Origin: a virus
Taxonomy: Duplodnaviria; Caudoviricetes
Strand: one strand, 5' to 3'
Virus record (IMG/VR): IMGVR_UViG_3300033121_001357
Span: 30,494-94,493 of that record
DNA length: 64,000 bases
Within the stretch, counting starts at the first letter, position 1, and each line of letters begins with the position of its first letter. Shown in pieces: positions 20,738-30,985 of the stretch. A program made the position numbers and the translations under genes. The notes beneath the pieces were generated by a model. It was not told the origin of the DNA and did not search any database. It saw only the letters and a list, made by a program, of their open reading frames with translations.

Positions 20738-22719
20738 CTGAATGCAGAGCGTTTGATTGGGGCTCTTGAATTTCTCTTCTTATAGTCGATATGTCTGGAT
20801 CTGCTTTGGTCCGGAATGTGTGTAACACGTGTGACCTGCTGACCAGCAATCGTGTCCGATTCTACTACAACTCTTGTGGGTATGAAATTCAGTTCTCTTT
20901 CTTTATATGCCTCAATCTGTGTCTGTATATCTTTTTTCTCCCCCGTCCTGGATACCGGCCTATTACTCCGATCTGTAGGGATAGAGATATTCTTAGAAAT
21001 ATCTACTGCAATCTCACCAGGCATGCCAGTGAATCTAATTGCCATTAGAGGAGCTGGAGTACCTAGCTTTGAGAACTCCATCGTAAAAGCAAAAAGACCT
21101 AGCATGAATGCATCGAGTCGGTGGTCCTCGATATCATCATTAATCATTGCATAGGTAGGTTGGGCGCCTGCCTTAGAGATCTTCTCGATAATGTAACCAC
21201 GTAGAGCTCTAATTAGGTTGCCGTCATACTTTGACAGACCGATTTGTCCAGACTCAAAGATACGTACAGCATTCTCAACCACAGCAGGCTTTGCATACTG
21301 CTTAATGATTGAGCCGTTTGTTGGGTGGCGCATCTCTATCTTGCTACCAAAGTCGATGGCCTTGATGATGGACTGTAGTCTCTTGTCTGCGGTATTAGGA
21401 GCAGACTTAGTGCCGAAGTCCTGAAGCATCTCAATCTGTACCGAACCCGCTCCCCTGTCCACATAGATCCAAGCAGGGTTCCACTTCCTATTAAGTCTAA
21501 TGATTTCGTTGATAGCCTGGATCTGCGTGTTACCTTCACGATAGACCTGACCTACATCGTAAACCTTATACACAGGATGCGGCTGAGTGGGATCTGCTCC
21601 GATAACGACAACTTCGGTACCGTGAACCGGATTCCAGTCTACTCCAAAACAGTAGATGAAACTGGGGTCAGGCTCACTATCCTCATATTTATAAGTGCCA
21701 TCAGCAAGTGCAGCATCAATGTGTGTATGCTGGAATACACCTTCTTCAATTTCACCATACTCTGCAAGGATCTCGTGCAGGTACTTAACGCCTGGATTTA
21801 GCATGCGCTGTTCGAACTCCATATCCTCGTCCCAGTTAGGACGACACATTGATGGATAGTGGAATGATCTGAAGCAAGGGTCGTGATCCCACTTGTAGAA
21901 CTGTTCATGAGCACCGCTTGGTGTAGAAGCTGCAAGTAGAATGGTATCTTTGTGTTCAGAAAGGATTGCTACGATAGCAGAAAGATCATTGGAAGTAAGA
22001 TAGTCTGCCTCATCGATGATGATCATATCTGCGGCCTGACCGCGGATAGACTCATTTCCAGAAACGAATCCAACCATATAGGATCCGTTTGTAAGTTCAA
22101 TCCGTCTCTGTGGGCTTTTTACGTATCTGGAGCAGCACTCCTTTAGTGAAGGTGAGTGTTCAATAAAGTCGTTGATCTGATCGAATAAAAGATCCAGCTG
22201 TGAGATATTCGGAGTGATAACAAGAACTCTATAGTTCTTGTTTGTAATCATCTTATGTAGGACTTTTGCACCAATGGTCCAGGACTTTCCAGAACGACGA
22301 CCTAGTCTGTATAGCTGCCTATTCGCCGTACACTTTACCATTAGCTCCTGATAGAAGTTTGCCGTCTCGTCAAGATTGTATCTCTCAATATTTACAGGAT
22401 TGGCCCTCTGTGGAATCCAAGGACCTCTCTCACTGCTCTCTTTATTAAAGACAGTGATATTCTTTTTGGCCCATAGAACCGGATCTGCAACGGAGGCAAA
22501 GAGCTCTGCATCAGCAGCAAGCTGAGGGAGATTTGCCTCCTCAAGCATTTCGCGGACACTGGCCACAGAATCCGCCGGGATTCCCTTACACTTAATAGCA
22601 AAGTCTCCCTTCCTCGCTACTATTCTTCCTGTCTCTGGATCGATTACATCCTGTGGAGCCCTATTACGAAGCTTACAATCAATACAACCAGGATGTAGAT
22701 TCGACTCTGCTATTTCCAT
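20734..22719 (-). CDS. terL: Terminase large subunit
   Basis: Walker A GRRSGKS, Walker B IIIDEAD, ASTP coupling motif, RNase H-like GVDWN..YVDRG..DHRLDA. Confidence 0.92.
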   Translation of the reverse strand: MEIAESNLHPGCIDCKLRNRAPQDVIDPETGRIVARKGDFAIKCKGIPADSVASVREMLEEANLPQLAADAELFASVADPVLWAKKNITVFNKESSERGPWIPQRANPVNIERYNLDETANFYQELMVKCTANRQLYRLGRRSGKSWTIGAKVLHKMITNKNYRVLVITPNISQLDLLFDQINDFIEHSPSLKECCSRYVKSPQRRIELTNGSYMVGFVSGNESIRGQAADMIIIDEADYLTSNDLSAIVAILSEHKDTILLAASTPSGAHEQFYKWDHDPCFRSFHYPSMCRPNWDEDMEFEQRMLNPGVKYLHEILAEYGEIEEGVFQHTHIDAALADGTYKYEDSEPDPSFIYCFGVDWNPVHGTEVVVIGADPTQPHPVYKVYDVGQVYREGNTQIQAINEIIRLNRKWNPAWIYVDRGAGSVQIEMLQDFGTKSAPNTADKRLQSIIKAIDFGSKIEMRHPTNGSIIKQYAKPAVVENAVRIFESGQIGLSKYDGNLIRALRGYIIEKISKAGAQPTYAMINDDIEDHRLDAFMLGLFAFTMEFSKLGTPAPLMAIRFTGMPGEIAVDISKNISIPTDRSNRPVSRTGEKKDIQTQIEAYKERELNFIPTRVVVESDTIAGQQVTRVTHIPDQSRSRHIDYKKRNSRAPIKRSAFR

Positions 22720-22727
22720 AAATCACC

Positions 22728-23456
22728 TTAATCGCTAAACGGATTCAAGAAGCTTACTGCGGCAAGACCTGCCTTTAGGGCAAGACCACCTGCAGCAAAA
22801 CGGGCAGCACCAACACCGAGTCTCTTCATGCCTGCATTCTTTGCACCAGCGAAGTCAGAAGCACCAAGCCAGCCTAGAAGACCGTAGCCCGCATTACCCA
22901 TCTTGCGCATTAAGGGGTTCGAACTATCTAGTCTTTTTGCAAGGAAGCCTGAGATTCCATTTCCAATCTTCTTGGGATCTGCAGCCCTTGCTGCAAGACT
23001 TTTCTGCAGAGAGGCTCGCCATGAATTAACTTCTGCACCCCACTCAGGATAGTCTATTTTGCCTAGTGCCCGGAATCTTGAAGCAGTAGGACCTAGACTA
23101 GATCCAGAGGGTAGGCCTAAGATGTTTCTTGCTTCCATCCAACCACCCCTCCAAGCATTCCCTCCGCCACTTGCTTCTAGACTACTCTTAGCCTGATTAT
23201 AGTATTTCCTGGCTTGAACCTTAGCCCAAGGTAGCCCCGTATTCTTTCCATAGTTATAGCCTGCCTTAGCCTGGTCTCTGCTCCAGCGGGCAAGAGCTCT
23301 AGTGTCGGAACCAAGCTCTGTCTTGTTGTACTTAATGGCACCCGCTCTGATTACACCATAACCAAGAGCCGCACCACCAGCATACAGGCCAACACGTCCC
23401 CAGTTAACGCCGGGACGCTCATTGTATCCATCATTTAGTCGGTTGTAACCCGCCAT
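22728..23456 (-). CDS. Gly/Ala-rich basic protein with hydrophobic segments (possible internal virion/ejection protein)
   Basis: Composition; N- and C-terminal hydrophobic stretches. Confidence 0.45.
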   Translation of the reverse strand: MAGYNRLNDGYNERPGVNWGRVGLYAGGAALGYGVIRAGAIKYNKTELGSDTRALARWSRDQAKAGYNYGKNTGLPWAKVQARKYYNQAKSSLEASGGGNAWRGGWMEARNILGLPSGSSLGPTASRFRALGKIDYPEWGAEVNSWRASLQKSLAARAADPKKIGNGISGFLAKRLDSSNPLMRKMGNAGYGLLGWLGASDFAGAKNAGMKRLGVGAARFAAGGLALKAGLAAVSFLNPFSD

Positions 23457-23847
23457 TTATCATAACCTCCGGTTTTGTCGTCATCCTTCTAGTATTCAAG
23501 ATAACGATCCTACTGAATATATAACTGAAGAAGTGCTCTTTCCCGGTGACTATATTCTGATGACACTCCTTACAAAGTGTAATTCCATTCTCTTCTACAA
23601 GGGTCAATTCTGGGAATCTCTTCTTTGGTCTAATATGGTGAGCCTCCAGTGCTCCTCCCTTCTGACCACACATCTGACATTGATATAAGTCTCTCTTGAG
23701 TACGAAGTCTCTCCACGCCTTATAGGCAGGAGTTCCGTATAGAGCCTTAGCTACTTCATATGTTAGAGGGACAAGGCCCTGAAGGCCTGTCCTCCTTGGT
23801 CTAGATACGAGCTTCTTAGAACGCTTCTTCTTACTTGGCTTTCTCAT
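23431..23847 (-). CDS. HNH endonuclease
   Basis: RDLYQCQMCG..LEAHHIRP..NGITLCKECH. Confidence 0.88.
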   Translation of the reverse strand: MRKPSKKKRSKKLVSRPRRTGLQGLVPLTYEVAKALYGTPAYKAWRDFVLKRDLYQCQMCGQKGGALEAHHIRPKKRFPELTLVEENGITLCKECHQNIVTGKEHFFSYIFSRIVILNTRRMTTKPEVMINGGLQPTK

Positions 23848-24418
23848 AGTGAACCAACTTCAAAGAAGGCGTAGCTACTGCATAGGCAACTAACCTCCCC
23901 TGACCGAGTCTTGTGATGTGAGCAACTACCTGGCCTATAGAGAAGTATCCTCTAAAGTGTCCCCAGTTGCCAATGTGTCCATATAGGAATCTACCATTAT
24001 TTGTTCTGTACTTATAGACAGCAACGTTGTGTCCTTCTCGGACTCCATTACGTCTCAGCCATCTTACTGTAAGAACGTTGGATTCATAGACTCCTTCAAT
24101 TCTCTCAAGAGCCTTGGATGCATAGGTCGCATATTCATCACAGTCTGTTTGGGTCTTTGTATGTGTCAACCCGTACTGAATGATCTGAGCATCCTTCATC
24201 CATGGATGAGGAAGTTTGAACATAGAGGTTGTTAGGATATCGGGAGCCCAAACGAAGATTTCAAGTGTTCTTTCAAGCTCCTTCAAAGAAAGGAACTTGG
24301 GCAGCTTACTATGTTTATTCGTGAGTAACTTGAATAAGAAGTTCAGTACTCTACTGAATAGGTAGACGCCGATGAAGCCAAGCTTGCTTCGATGAAGATA
24401 ATTCTTGATTGAGCTCAT
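23831..24418 (-). CDS. Putative transglutaminase-like cysteine peptidase
   Basis: TDCDEYA..GHNVAVY, a Cys/His pattern. Confidence 0.45.
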   Translation of the reverse strand: MSSIKNYLHRSKLGFIGVYLFSRVLNFLFKLLTNKHSKLPKFLSLKELERTLEIFVWAPDILTTSMFKLPHPWMKDAQIIQYGLTHTKTQTDCDEYATYASKALERIEGVYESNVLTVRWLRRNGVREGHNVAVYKYRTNNGRFLYGHIGNWGHFRGYFSIGQVVAHITRLGQGRLVAYAVATPSLKLVHYEKAK

Positions 24419-24447
24419 GATTCTCTCCTTTATTGGTCAAAATCTAC

Positions 24448-25053
24448 TTAGTTCTCGATAGCTTCATCCTCTTTCCAAATAATCCCATCCAATATACGAC
24501 CGATTGTAGATCTGGATACGCCGTATAGCTCTGCTAACCTTGTCCTTTCACCGCGCTCTCCAGTGCCAGATGCTCTTATCTCTCTTACAATCTTCCATGT
24601 AAGTTTGGCAAGATTATGCATTTCACCTCGTCTCTTTTTGCTCATTTTCTGCTTTGACTCTTCTCTATGTTTATAACCTAGAAGTCCATTTGGCTTGCCC
24701 TTTCTCGTGAGACTCTGTCTTATTCTTGCTTCTGTGGACTTCTTCGAGCCTAAAGAGCTTCCTGCTTTCGGACAAATATTGTATCCAAATTTTGGATCTG
24801 CACTCTTGAATAGGTCAATGAAATATTGCTCTCTTTCTATCAGGAACTCTTTGTTTTCAACAAATTCAAGAACTCCAAAATGGAAGTTCTCTATTCCTCG
24901 AATATTTACCGCTCTTTGTAGGTAGAGATTATGGTGTTACTGTTTATTGAGTGAGCTTTTATGTGTTCTCCACCTACCCATAAGGTTAATGGCAGACCCA
25001 ATGTACACCTTATCTGTATTTAGATCTAAAATGTAATAAATACCACTAGCCAT
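24448..25053 (-). pseudogene. GIY-YIG homing endonuclease with NUMOD3-like and HTH tail, interrupted by one in-frame TAA
   Basis: MASGIYYILDLNTDKVYIGSA..RWRTH..KQ*HHNLYLQRA..EREQYFID..GYNICPKAG..KHREESKQKMS..HTH; stop at 24937-24939. Confidence 0.88.
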
Positions 25054-25981
25054 GGTATGCAAGAGCCTCTGAACCGAAAGCAGATCGACAATTCATTTGC
25101 GAGCGATAAATAGACTGTACTGCTCTCTGCCTCATTGTTGCTGCTTGTTCTGAATCCAAGAATGTAGACCTAAATGGCTTTGAGTGGCGTCCATATTTAA
25201 GGCCCCAGTCTGATAGGGCATGGACTCCTTCAATGGCTTTAGTGGCCAAAATTGCTCCACCAAATGCCATACCCAAGAACCCTACACCAGCAGCAACTGT
25301 ACCAATGGCAGTACCAGGGGCGAGTGAGGAGCCTATCGCGGCACCTACGGCACCACCACCCACGAAGCCAATTTCAGAAGCTACTGACTGTGCAAGCATC
25401 GGAGCAAGGCCGGTCTTTGGATCCATTAAGTTATCGCCACTTGTTAGGGCTGCGAAACCGGCATGAAGACCCCACGCTAGAGGTGAGAGTACAGAGAACT
25501 TAGCGAAGTTGCTAGCACCCTTACGCAGATGCTGTGCTGGAGTTCTCATCCCAAACTTACGAGCACCAAGATTGCCAAATTCATCAATCTGACGGCCGTA
25601 CTTATTGGCGATACGTCCAGCAGTATCTCTCTCTGCAATCGGGACCCCTTCTCTGTAGTATTTGTCCGCAAGTCGCTGATTCTTTCTTAGTTCTGTGGCG
25701 AGATTCCCTCTCCAATTTAGATACCCATCTGTTAGATGTAGGGGAGCCATAGCGGCCCCTCTCAAGATACTCCTAGAATTCACAGCGGCATTGGCCATGC
25801 CACTTAGAGCAAGTGCAGTCACCTGTCTGGTACCTTGAAGGGCATGGAAGATAGTCTGGCCAGCCATTGTATCGGGCGCCTGTCCATACCCAAATAGACC
25901 TCTACTAAGACCCTGCCAGATTCCTCTTTGGGTCTGACTATGCTTTGCCCACCTATCTCTAAGTCTTTCGTAAGGAGTCAT
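25046..25981 (-). CDS. Glycine-zipper membrane-type protein (possible ejection protein)
   Basis: GGGAVGAAIGSSLAPGTAIGTVAAGVGFLGMAFGGAILA. Confidence 0.5.
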   Translation of the reverse strand: MTPYERLRDRWAKHSQTQRGIWQGLSRGLFGYGQAPDTMAGQTIFHALQGTRQVTALALSGMANAAVNSRSILRGAAMAPLHLTDGYLNWRGNLATELRKNQRLADKYYREGVPIAERDTAGRIANKYGRQIDEFGNLGARKFGMRTPAQHLRKGASNFAKFSVLSPLAWGLHAGFAALTSGDNLMDPKTGLAPMLAQSVASEIGFVGGGAVGAAIGSSLAPGTAIGTVAAGVGFLGMAFGGAILATKAIEGVHALSDWGLKYGRHSKPFRSTFLDSEQAATMRQRAVQSIYRSQMNCRSAFGSEALAYHG

Positions 25982-25984
25982 GCC

Positions 25985-28900
25985 TTAACCTCTATGGTGT
26001 CCTATTACATTGTATCTATTCATATTTCTACGCATCTGACTAACTGCCGCTCTATGTCCTGACATTAAGGAAGACTTGGCATTTAGGTTTGTGGGCGTAC
26101 GCGGAATCTTGTTCCTATCAATGACATATCCGGAACCAAAATCCTTGATATTGGCTTCACGACTAGCGCCAATCCAACCATGTTTCATGCCCTCAATTGT
26201 ATTGAAGTCGTCTTTTCCACCAGCAGCTTGCATATCAGAGAATTCTGCATCTGGATTCCTCATTCTATTTAGGATTGCAGCGGTTTTGAAGTCTCTGAAC
26301 AAGCGTCCTAGATCTGTATAGCTAGTATTAGTAATACGACGCTTGCTGTTCATCTGCATCTCTCTAGAGATCTGCCAGGCTTCTTCGTTCCACATACCAC
26401 GTTGAGCGGCAAGAGCTTCTTGCTCTGCTCTATTAAAATCTGTGGCGTTTACGATCTGGTCCTTTCTCTTACCAAAGGGCAGAGAGGCTGCTGCACCTGC
26501 TTCAACTAACTGAAGGTTGATGTTGGTGTTGTTGTCACCCAAAAGGACACCGGCTGTACGACCATAAGAGGAGCTGCCATCTGGATTATAGGCTAGACGT
26601 AGCTGCTCCTGCCTTGCAAGGATCTGCTCTAGCTTTGCCTTGGCCTCTTGACCGTAGGGCTGATTTGGCCAGATTCTTCCAGGCTGATTCTCGTGTTCAA
26701 TTTCAGGGGCGTCAATGCCAGCAAGACGGACAGTCATCTCTCGTCCACCTCGCAGAGTCACGTTTACGGTGTCAGCGTCTTCTACAGAGTAATCTGTAAT
26801 CGTTGAATCCTGGATGTCGCTACCCTGGAAGCCCATATTGAGTCCTTCAAATGGATCCTTCAAGGTATGTGAGCGGGCGATGTGTCTGGAGTACTGCTCA
26901 AGACCTTCCTGGAGGATGTCTTCAGCGAAAATCCTCATACCCTGCCATGGAGAGCCGAAGCCATAGTGCTTACGCATTCGGGCCCCAATACCCTTACGTC
27001 CAGTCAGAGGAGACTCCTCCTGCATACCCATAATGCTGTTTCCATGGATGTTTGTTGGGATGCGGAACCCACTTCGACGACTGCTTCGTCTAATCCCGTT
27101 ATCACCCCCTTGATCCATGGATGTGATTCTAGCGAACTGCTCAAGACCTTCCTGAGAGATATCTTCAAAGAAAGGACGGAGTCCCTGGATGTCCTGAGAC
27201 GACATGCCTTGCCATGGAGAACCGAAGCCGAAAAACTTTCTAAGCTTCGCACCTATACCCTTCTTACCAGAGATAGGCGATTCCTCTTGCATACCAGGAA
27301 TGACGTTAGCTTCTACGTTGGATTGGATTCGATTTTGAGCTTCAGCGGCCTGCTTTCGCAGGATTGCTGCTTGCGCTCGCTGTTCTATTGCGATCTTTCT
27401 AGCTCGTGCTGGAGTTATACCTAGCTCACCACGGGCATCCATGCTCCTGAGTAACTGGCCAATTGAATCATTGGCCAAGGACTCTGGATAATGTTCATAC
27501 TGGGTCTTGTGAGCGCTAAATTCTTCGAACCATTGATGAGACCTTTCTGAGTATCCACTTTTTGCAAATGCTTCCTTTGCCTCTTCACTTAAAGACCCAG
27601 TCCTACCACTAAGCGAGTTGCCGGCATGTTTCTGGTGATCTCTCTCATGCTTGATTGCTCCTCTAAGTACCTGTCCTGGATCTAGGTTATGCTCTTTAGC
27701 ATAGTCCTTTGCCGCCCTTGAGTTAATAAAGACAGGCCTTAAGCCCTTAGATTCTGCATCTGCAACTTGCTTAAGAAATGCCTCTTTCTCGCTAGCGAGC
27801 CCTTCGATATCCTTTGCATATTCAAGCCACTCTCCCTCTTCGCCTTCAGCACTCCATCTCTTATACCGATCTATTTTTGATTCCTGTTCCGCAAAGAATT
27901 GTTCCCAGCCCTTCACGGTATTGAAATCGGGGGCCCTCTCATGCATGAACTTTATTTCATTGGCTAGGGCATCAGACCATGGCACACCCCGTGCTTCGCA
28001 CGCCTTTTCGGCAACCGAGGCCACCTCTTCCAGACTGTTTTTTACATACACGAATCCAACTGCTCCAGTTTCACGACCCATGACTTTAGAAAGAGCCCCT
28101 TCGCCAAAACTGATTATGCCCCTCCAACCTGAACCGAAGTCAGTATTGTACTTACGCGAAGCTCCCGAGATACCTGCGTGCTTCATACCTTCGATATAGT
28201 TGTAGTCATCATCATTAGAACTAATGAGATTTGCGGCAAAGAGGGCACCAGCGCCCACTAAACCAATCTTCCAGTTCTCTCTGAGGAAGTTCTTAAACTT
28301 AGACCCCATTGAGGCTTCAGCAACTTCAGGAGCTGCACCAGAAGGAACAAGCCGAGGACTAAGCTCCTGTGCTAGAGATTCCATCTTAGGAGCATGCGTA
28401 CTAAGCGCATGTTCTAGAGCCTCTGCCCGAGTTGCCCCTCCTGCTACCTTGGCCTTTACAGACTCCTCAAAGGCATCGATGTAGCGGGTCCTAGCTTCTG
28501 CGAGGGCAGCATCATAGTCAACCTTGACTCCAATACCGCTACGAGCCTCTCGGGCAGCCCTGGCCCTAACCACCTTCTCGATATCCGTAGAGAACTCATG
28601 CGGATTCATTCTGGGATCTGCCTTTGTTCTAAGGAAGAACTGTAGCTTCCTACGGCTATACGTTCCGGTGTTATCGTCTAGGACTTCTACTGGAAGGCTT
28701 AAGGTTCTATTAGAATGTCTTACACGAGCCCCCTTTAATAGCTCATAATCAGGCTTGCCCTGTGCCTTGGAGAGAAGGAATTTCTGCTGATTCGTATATG
28801 TATCAATGATGTTCTTTACAGTATTCCTTCTCTTAATCTCCGGAAGGTCCTTACCAAGATCCCCAAAGAATCTCTGCATATGCTCTGGCAGAGCTTCTCC

Positions 28901-29824
28901 CTTCTGCATCGCATAACCAGCTCCGGCTAGATCTCTAACCATCTGCCCCTGGAGAACGTTGTCAGCAAGTGCTGTATGCAACTCATTCTCGCCATACATC
29001 AAGTTGGCATAGGTATTTACGCTGGTTCCTGTAAAGATTTCTCCTGTCTTAGGCATATACCCACGGTTCTGAGCCATGGCAAATACAGACTTTGACAAGT
29101 CCATAATGTCAAATACTCGAGTACCGTTGAAGGACCTTTCAAGCTCTGGAGCGAATCCCTTGGTAAAGACTTCTTCCCAGGCATTAAGGTGCGTATCTAA
29201 TGTCCCCAGTGCTGTAGCTCTAGATGCCCTACCAAGAGTCTGCTTGAGTTCCAGGGGAGTGGTGTAGAGGCCACCTCCAGGAGTTGGAGATCCTCTCGTG
29301 AAACTCTGTAGTCGATTCTTGACGCCCCAGTTCTCAAAGTGCTGTGCGCCTATACGCTCATTAATAAATGAGCGTTCGTGTTGCAGGTTCTGCACCCAGA
29401 CATCGCGATTCCCGAGCTGTGAGAGGGCCTTATAGCCTGCTTGCTTCTGGGTGGTACTGGCGTTATGGAGCACGTCCATAAATGGCCCAGAAAGGTCCCC
29501 AGAGGCCTGCAATGCGGCCTCTCTCTTTGCGATTAGGTCACGGGTAAATGGAGAGATCTCACCAGTTCGCTTTCCGCCGATGACAGTTGGCTTTACGAAT
29601 TCGTGAGTGAAGGTAGACTTGGGCCCGATGCCATGCATGAAGCCCATTTCGTAGATAGGAGAGGAGGGATGAAGGCCACCAGTCTCAATATCAAAGATGG
29701 TTGCTCTAGAAGCAATCTTTGACAGTTGCTCTTCAACTCCTGTAGAGAATGATTGAGTGCCATTAAGAAGTCTGTCTCTATACTCCTTAGCTAATTCAAT
29801 TTCTCTCCAGGAGCCGTATGACAT
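25985..29824 (-). CDS. Polyvalent protein: DEDDh exonuclease-like, HExxH peptidase-like and SNase/thermonuclease domains separated by repeats
   Basis: FDIETGGL..HTALAD; KHERDH..EEFSA; DADTV..VRLAGIDAPE..QPYGQEA..YGRT. Confidence 0.75.
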   Translation of the reverse strand: MSYGSWREIELAKEYRDRLLNGTQSFSTGVEEQLSKIASRATIFDIETGGLHPSSPIYEMGFMHGIGPKSTFTHEFVKPTVIGGKRTGEISPFTRDLIAKREAALQASGDLSGPFMDVLHNASTTQKQAGYKALSQLGNRDVWVQNLQHERSFINERIGAQHFENWGVKNRLQSFTRGSPTPGGGLYTTPLELKQTLGRASRATALGTLDTHLNAWEEVFTKGFAPELERSFNGTRVFDIMDLSKSVFAMAQNRGYMPKTGEIFTGTSVNTYANLMYGENELHTALADNVLQGQMVRDLAGAGYAMQKGEALPEHMQRFFGDLGKDLPEIKRRNTVKNIIDTYTNQQKFLLSKAQGKPDYELLKGARVRHSNRTLSLPVEVLDDNTGTYSRRKLQFFLRTKADPRMNPHEFSTDIEKVVRARAAREARSGIGVKVDYDAALAEARTRYIDAFEESVKAKVAGGATRAEALEHALSTHAPKMESLAQELSPRLVPSGAAPEVAEASMGSKFKNFLRENWKIGLVGAGALFAANLISSNDDDYNYIEGMKHAGISGASRKYNTDFGSGWRGIISFGEGALSKVMGRETGAVGFVYVKNSLEEVASVAEKACEARGVPWSDALANEIKFMHERAPDFNTVKGWEQFFAEQESKIDRYKRWSAEGEEGEWLEYAKDIEGLASEKEAFLKQVADAESKGLRPVFINSRAAKDYAKEHNLDPGQVLRGAIKHERDHQKHAGNSLSGRTGSLSEEAKEAFAKSGYSERSHQWFEEFSAHKTQYEHYPESLANDSIGQLLRSMDARGELGITPARARKIAIEQRAQAAILRKQAAEAQNRIQSNVEANVIPGMQEESPISGKKGIGAKLRKFFGFGSPWQGMSSQDIQGLRPFFEDISQEGLEQFARITSMDQGGDNGIRRSSRRSGFRIPTNIHGNSIMGMQEESPLTGRKGIGARMRKHYGFGSPWQGMRIFAEDILQEGLEQYSRHIARSHTLKDPFEGLNMGFQGSDIQDSTITDYSVEDADTVNVTLRGGREMTVRLAGIDAPEIEHENQPGRIWPNQPYGQEAKAKLEQILARQEQLRLAYNPDGSSSYGRTAGVLLGDNNTNINLQLVEAGAAASLPFGKRKDQIVNATDFNRAEQEALAAQRGMWNEEAWQISREMQMNSKRRITNTSYTDLGRLFRDFKTAAILNRMRNPDAEFSDMQAAGGKDDFNTIEGMKHGWIGASREANIKDFGSGYVIDRNKIPRTPTNLNAKSSLMSGHRAAVSQMRRNMNRYNVIGHHRG

Positions 29825-29827
29825 AGC

Positions 29828-30661
29828 TTACTTCCCCGCAATCTTTGCTTCGATTTGCTGTAGCTTCTGACGTAGATCCGCTTGTAGATTCGCAGCATCT
29901 ACCTTGTTTGTCTCGTTAAGAGCAGCCTCTCTCTTGTACTGGTCGTATCTTGTAGCTACGAGGTTCTTACGAAGTCTTTCCTTTCTAGTGTAGATCTTCT
30001 CCTTAACCTTCATAGCATCAGCAACATCCTTTACATGTTGCTCTCTTTCACCATTCTCATCATATACGACAGCAACAATCTTATCCTCAGTAAGGTCCTG
30101 ATACTTTGCTGCCAATACTGCGTTCATTCGGTGCTCTAGTACCTCACACTCAGCAAGCTCTAAGATCACTCTTTGATCTGTATAGTTACCGGGATCGTCT
30201 GTAACACCAAACTCTTCCGCATATCTAGCTACCCATTCAAATAGTAACTCTGTCTCTACAGGACAAGTTCTACCAATTGGGACCACGTTCCTCTGTTCAC
30301 CTTCAGCATCTAGTTGCTTTTGTAGTTGTACAAAGGGGCAAGAGGCTGCCATAGGACAGACACTCCCTCCATAACAGATCAGGGGAGTAGAGGAGGTGGC
30401 TCCAATCTTCATTCTGTTCTGTGCTGCGTGAATCTGGCGGGCCTCTTCAGGAGTAAGAAGAATATCGGCATACTTGGCAGGATTGAGATTCAATCCCTTA
30501 AACCAATTATGCCTTACAAGCTTCCCTTCTGTAGTGATAGCAGTTCCATCAAACTTAACCAGAGCAATCTTCTCACCATGGTTCTTATCAATCTTCGCTA
30601 TCTGCTGTGTTGCCGGAGTTCCATCCTCATCAACAGCAACTATAAAGTCTTCTCTTTGCAT
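29828..30661 (-). CDS. Cys-motif hypothetical protein (weak candidate for small terminase)
   Basis: C..CP..CP..CP motif and C-terminal coiled coil; start after AAGGAG. Confidence 0.45.
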   Translation of the reverse strand: MQREDFIVAVDEDGTPATQQIAKIDKNHGEKIALVKFDGTAITTEGKLVRHNWFKGLNLNPAKYADILLTPEEARQIHAAQNRMKIGATSSTPLICYGGSVCPMAASCPFVQLQKQLDAEGEQRNVVPIGRTCPVETELLFEWVARYAEEFGVTDDPGNYTDQRVILELAECEVLEHRMNAVLAAKYQDLTEDKIVAVVYDENGEREQHVKDVADAMKVKEKIYTRKERLRKNLVATRYDQYKREAALNETNKVDAANLQADLRQKLQQIEAKIAGK

Positions 30662-30969
30662 AGCTCCTTCTCTACCTCTTGGACAAGCTCCTTCACCGCA
30701 TCCCAACGATCACCCCTGTTCGTAAGAGAATCCAATAAGGCTCTCTGTACATACTTACAGTCCATAACGTCTTGATGCTCAGTAGCATTAGCCAATCCAA
30801 AGATCCTTTGTACGTATACTCCATTCTCTCCAAGAGCTGTTCTTAACATCTCCAGTAGAGCAATTACCTTAAGAGTCGTATCCAAAGAAACTCCAAGCTT
30901 CTCTTGGCAGAGCTTGTCAAACTCTCTTCTAACTTCTGTCATATTTGTCGTCTCCAGAAAGGACATCAA
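30640..30969 (-). CDS. Hypothetical protein
   Basis: Co-oriented ORF. Confidence 0.55.
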   Translation of the reverse strand: MMSFLETTNMTEVRREFDKLCQEKLGVSLDTTLKVIALLEMLRTALGENGVYVQRIFGLANATEHQDVMDCKYVQRALLDSLTNRGDRWDAVKELVQEVEKELCKEKTL

Positions 30970-30985
30970 AGGAGACTAGAGTATA

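Noticed and set aside
24937-24939. Stop-codon reassignment
   Set aside because: TAA, TAG and TGA all terminate neighbouring genes normally; only one interrupted case was seen.
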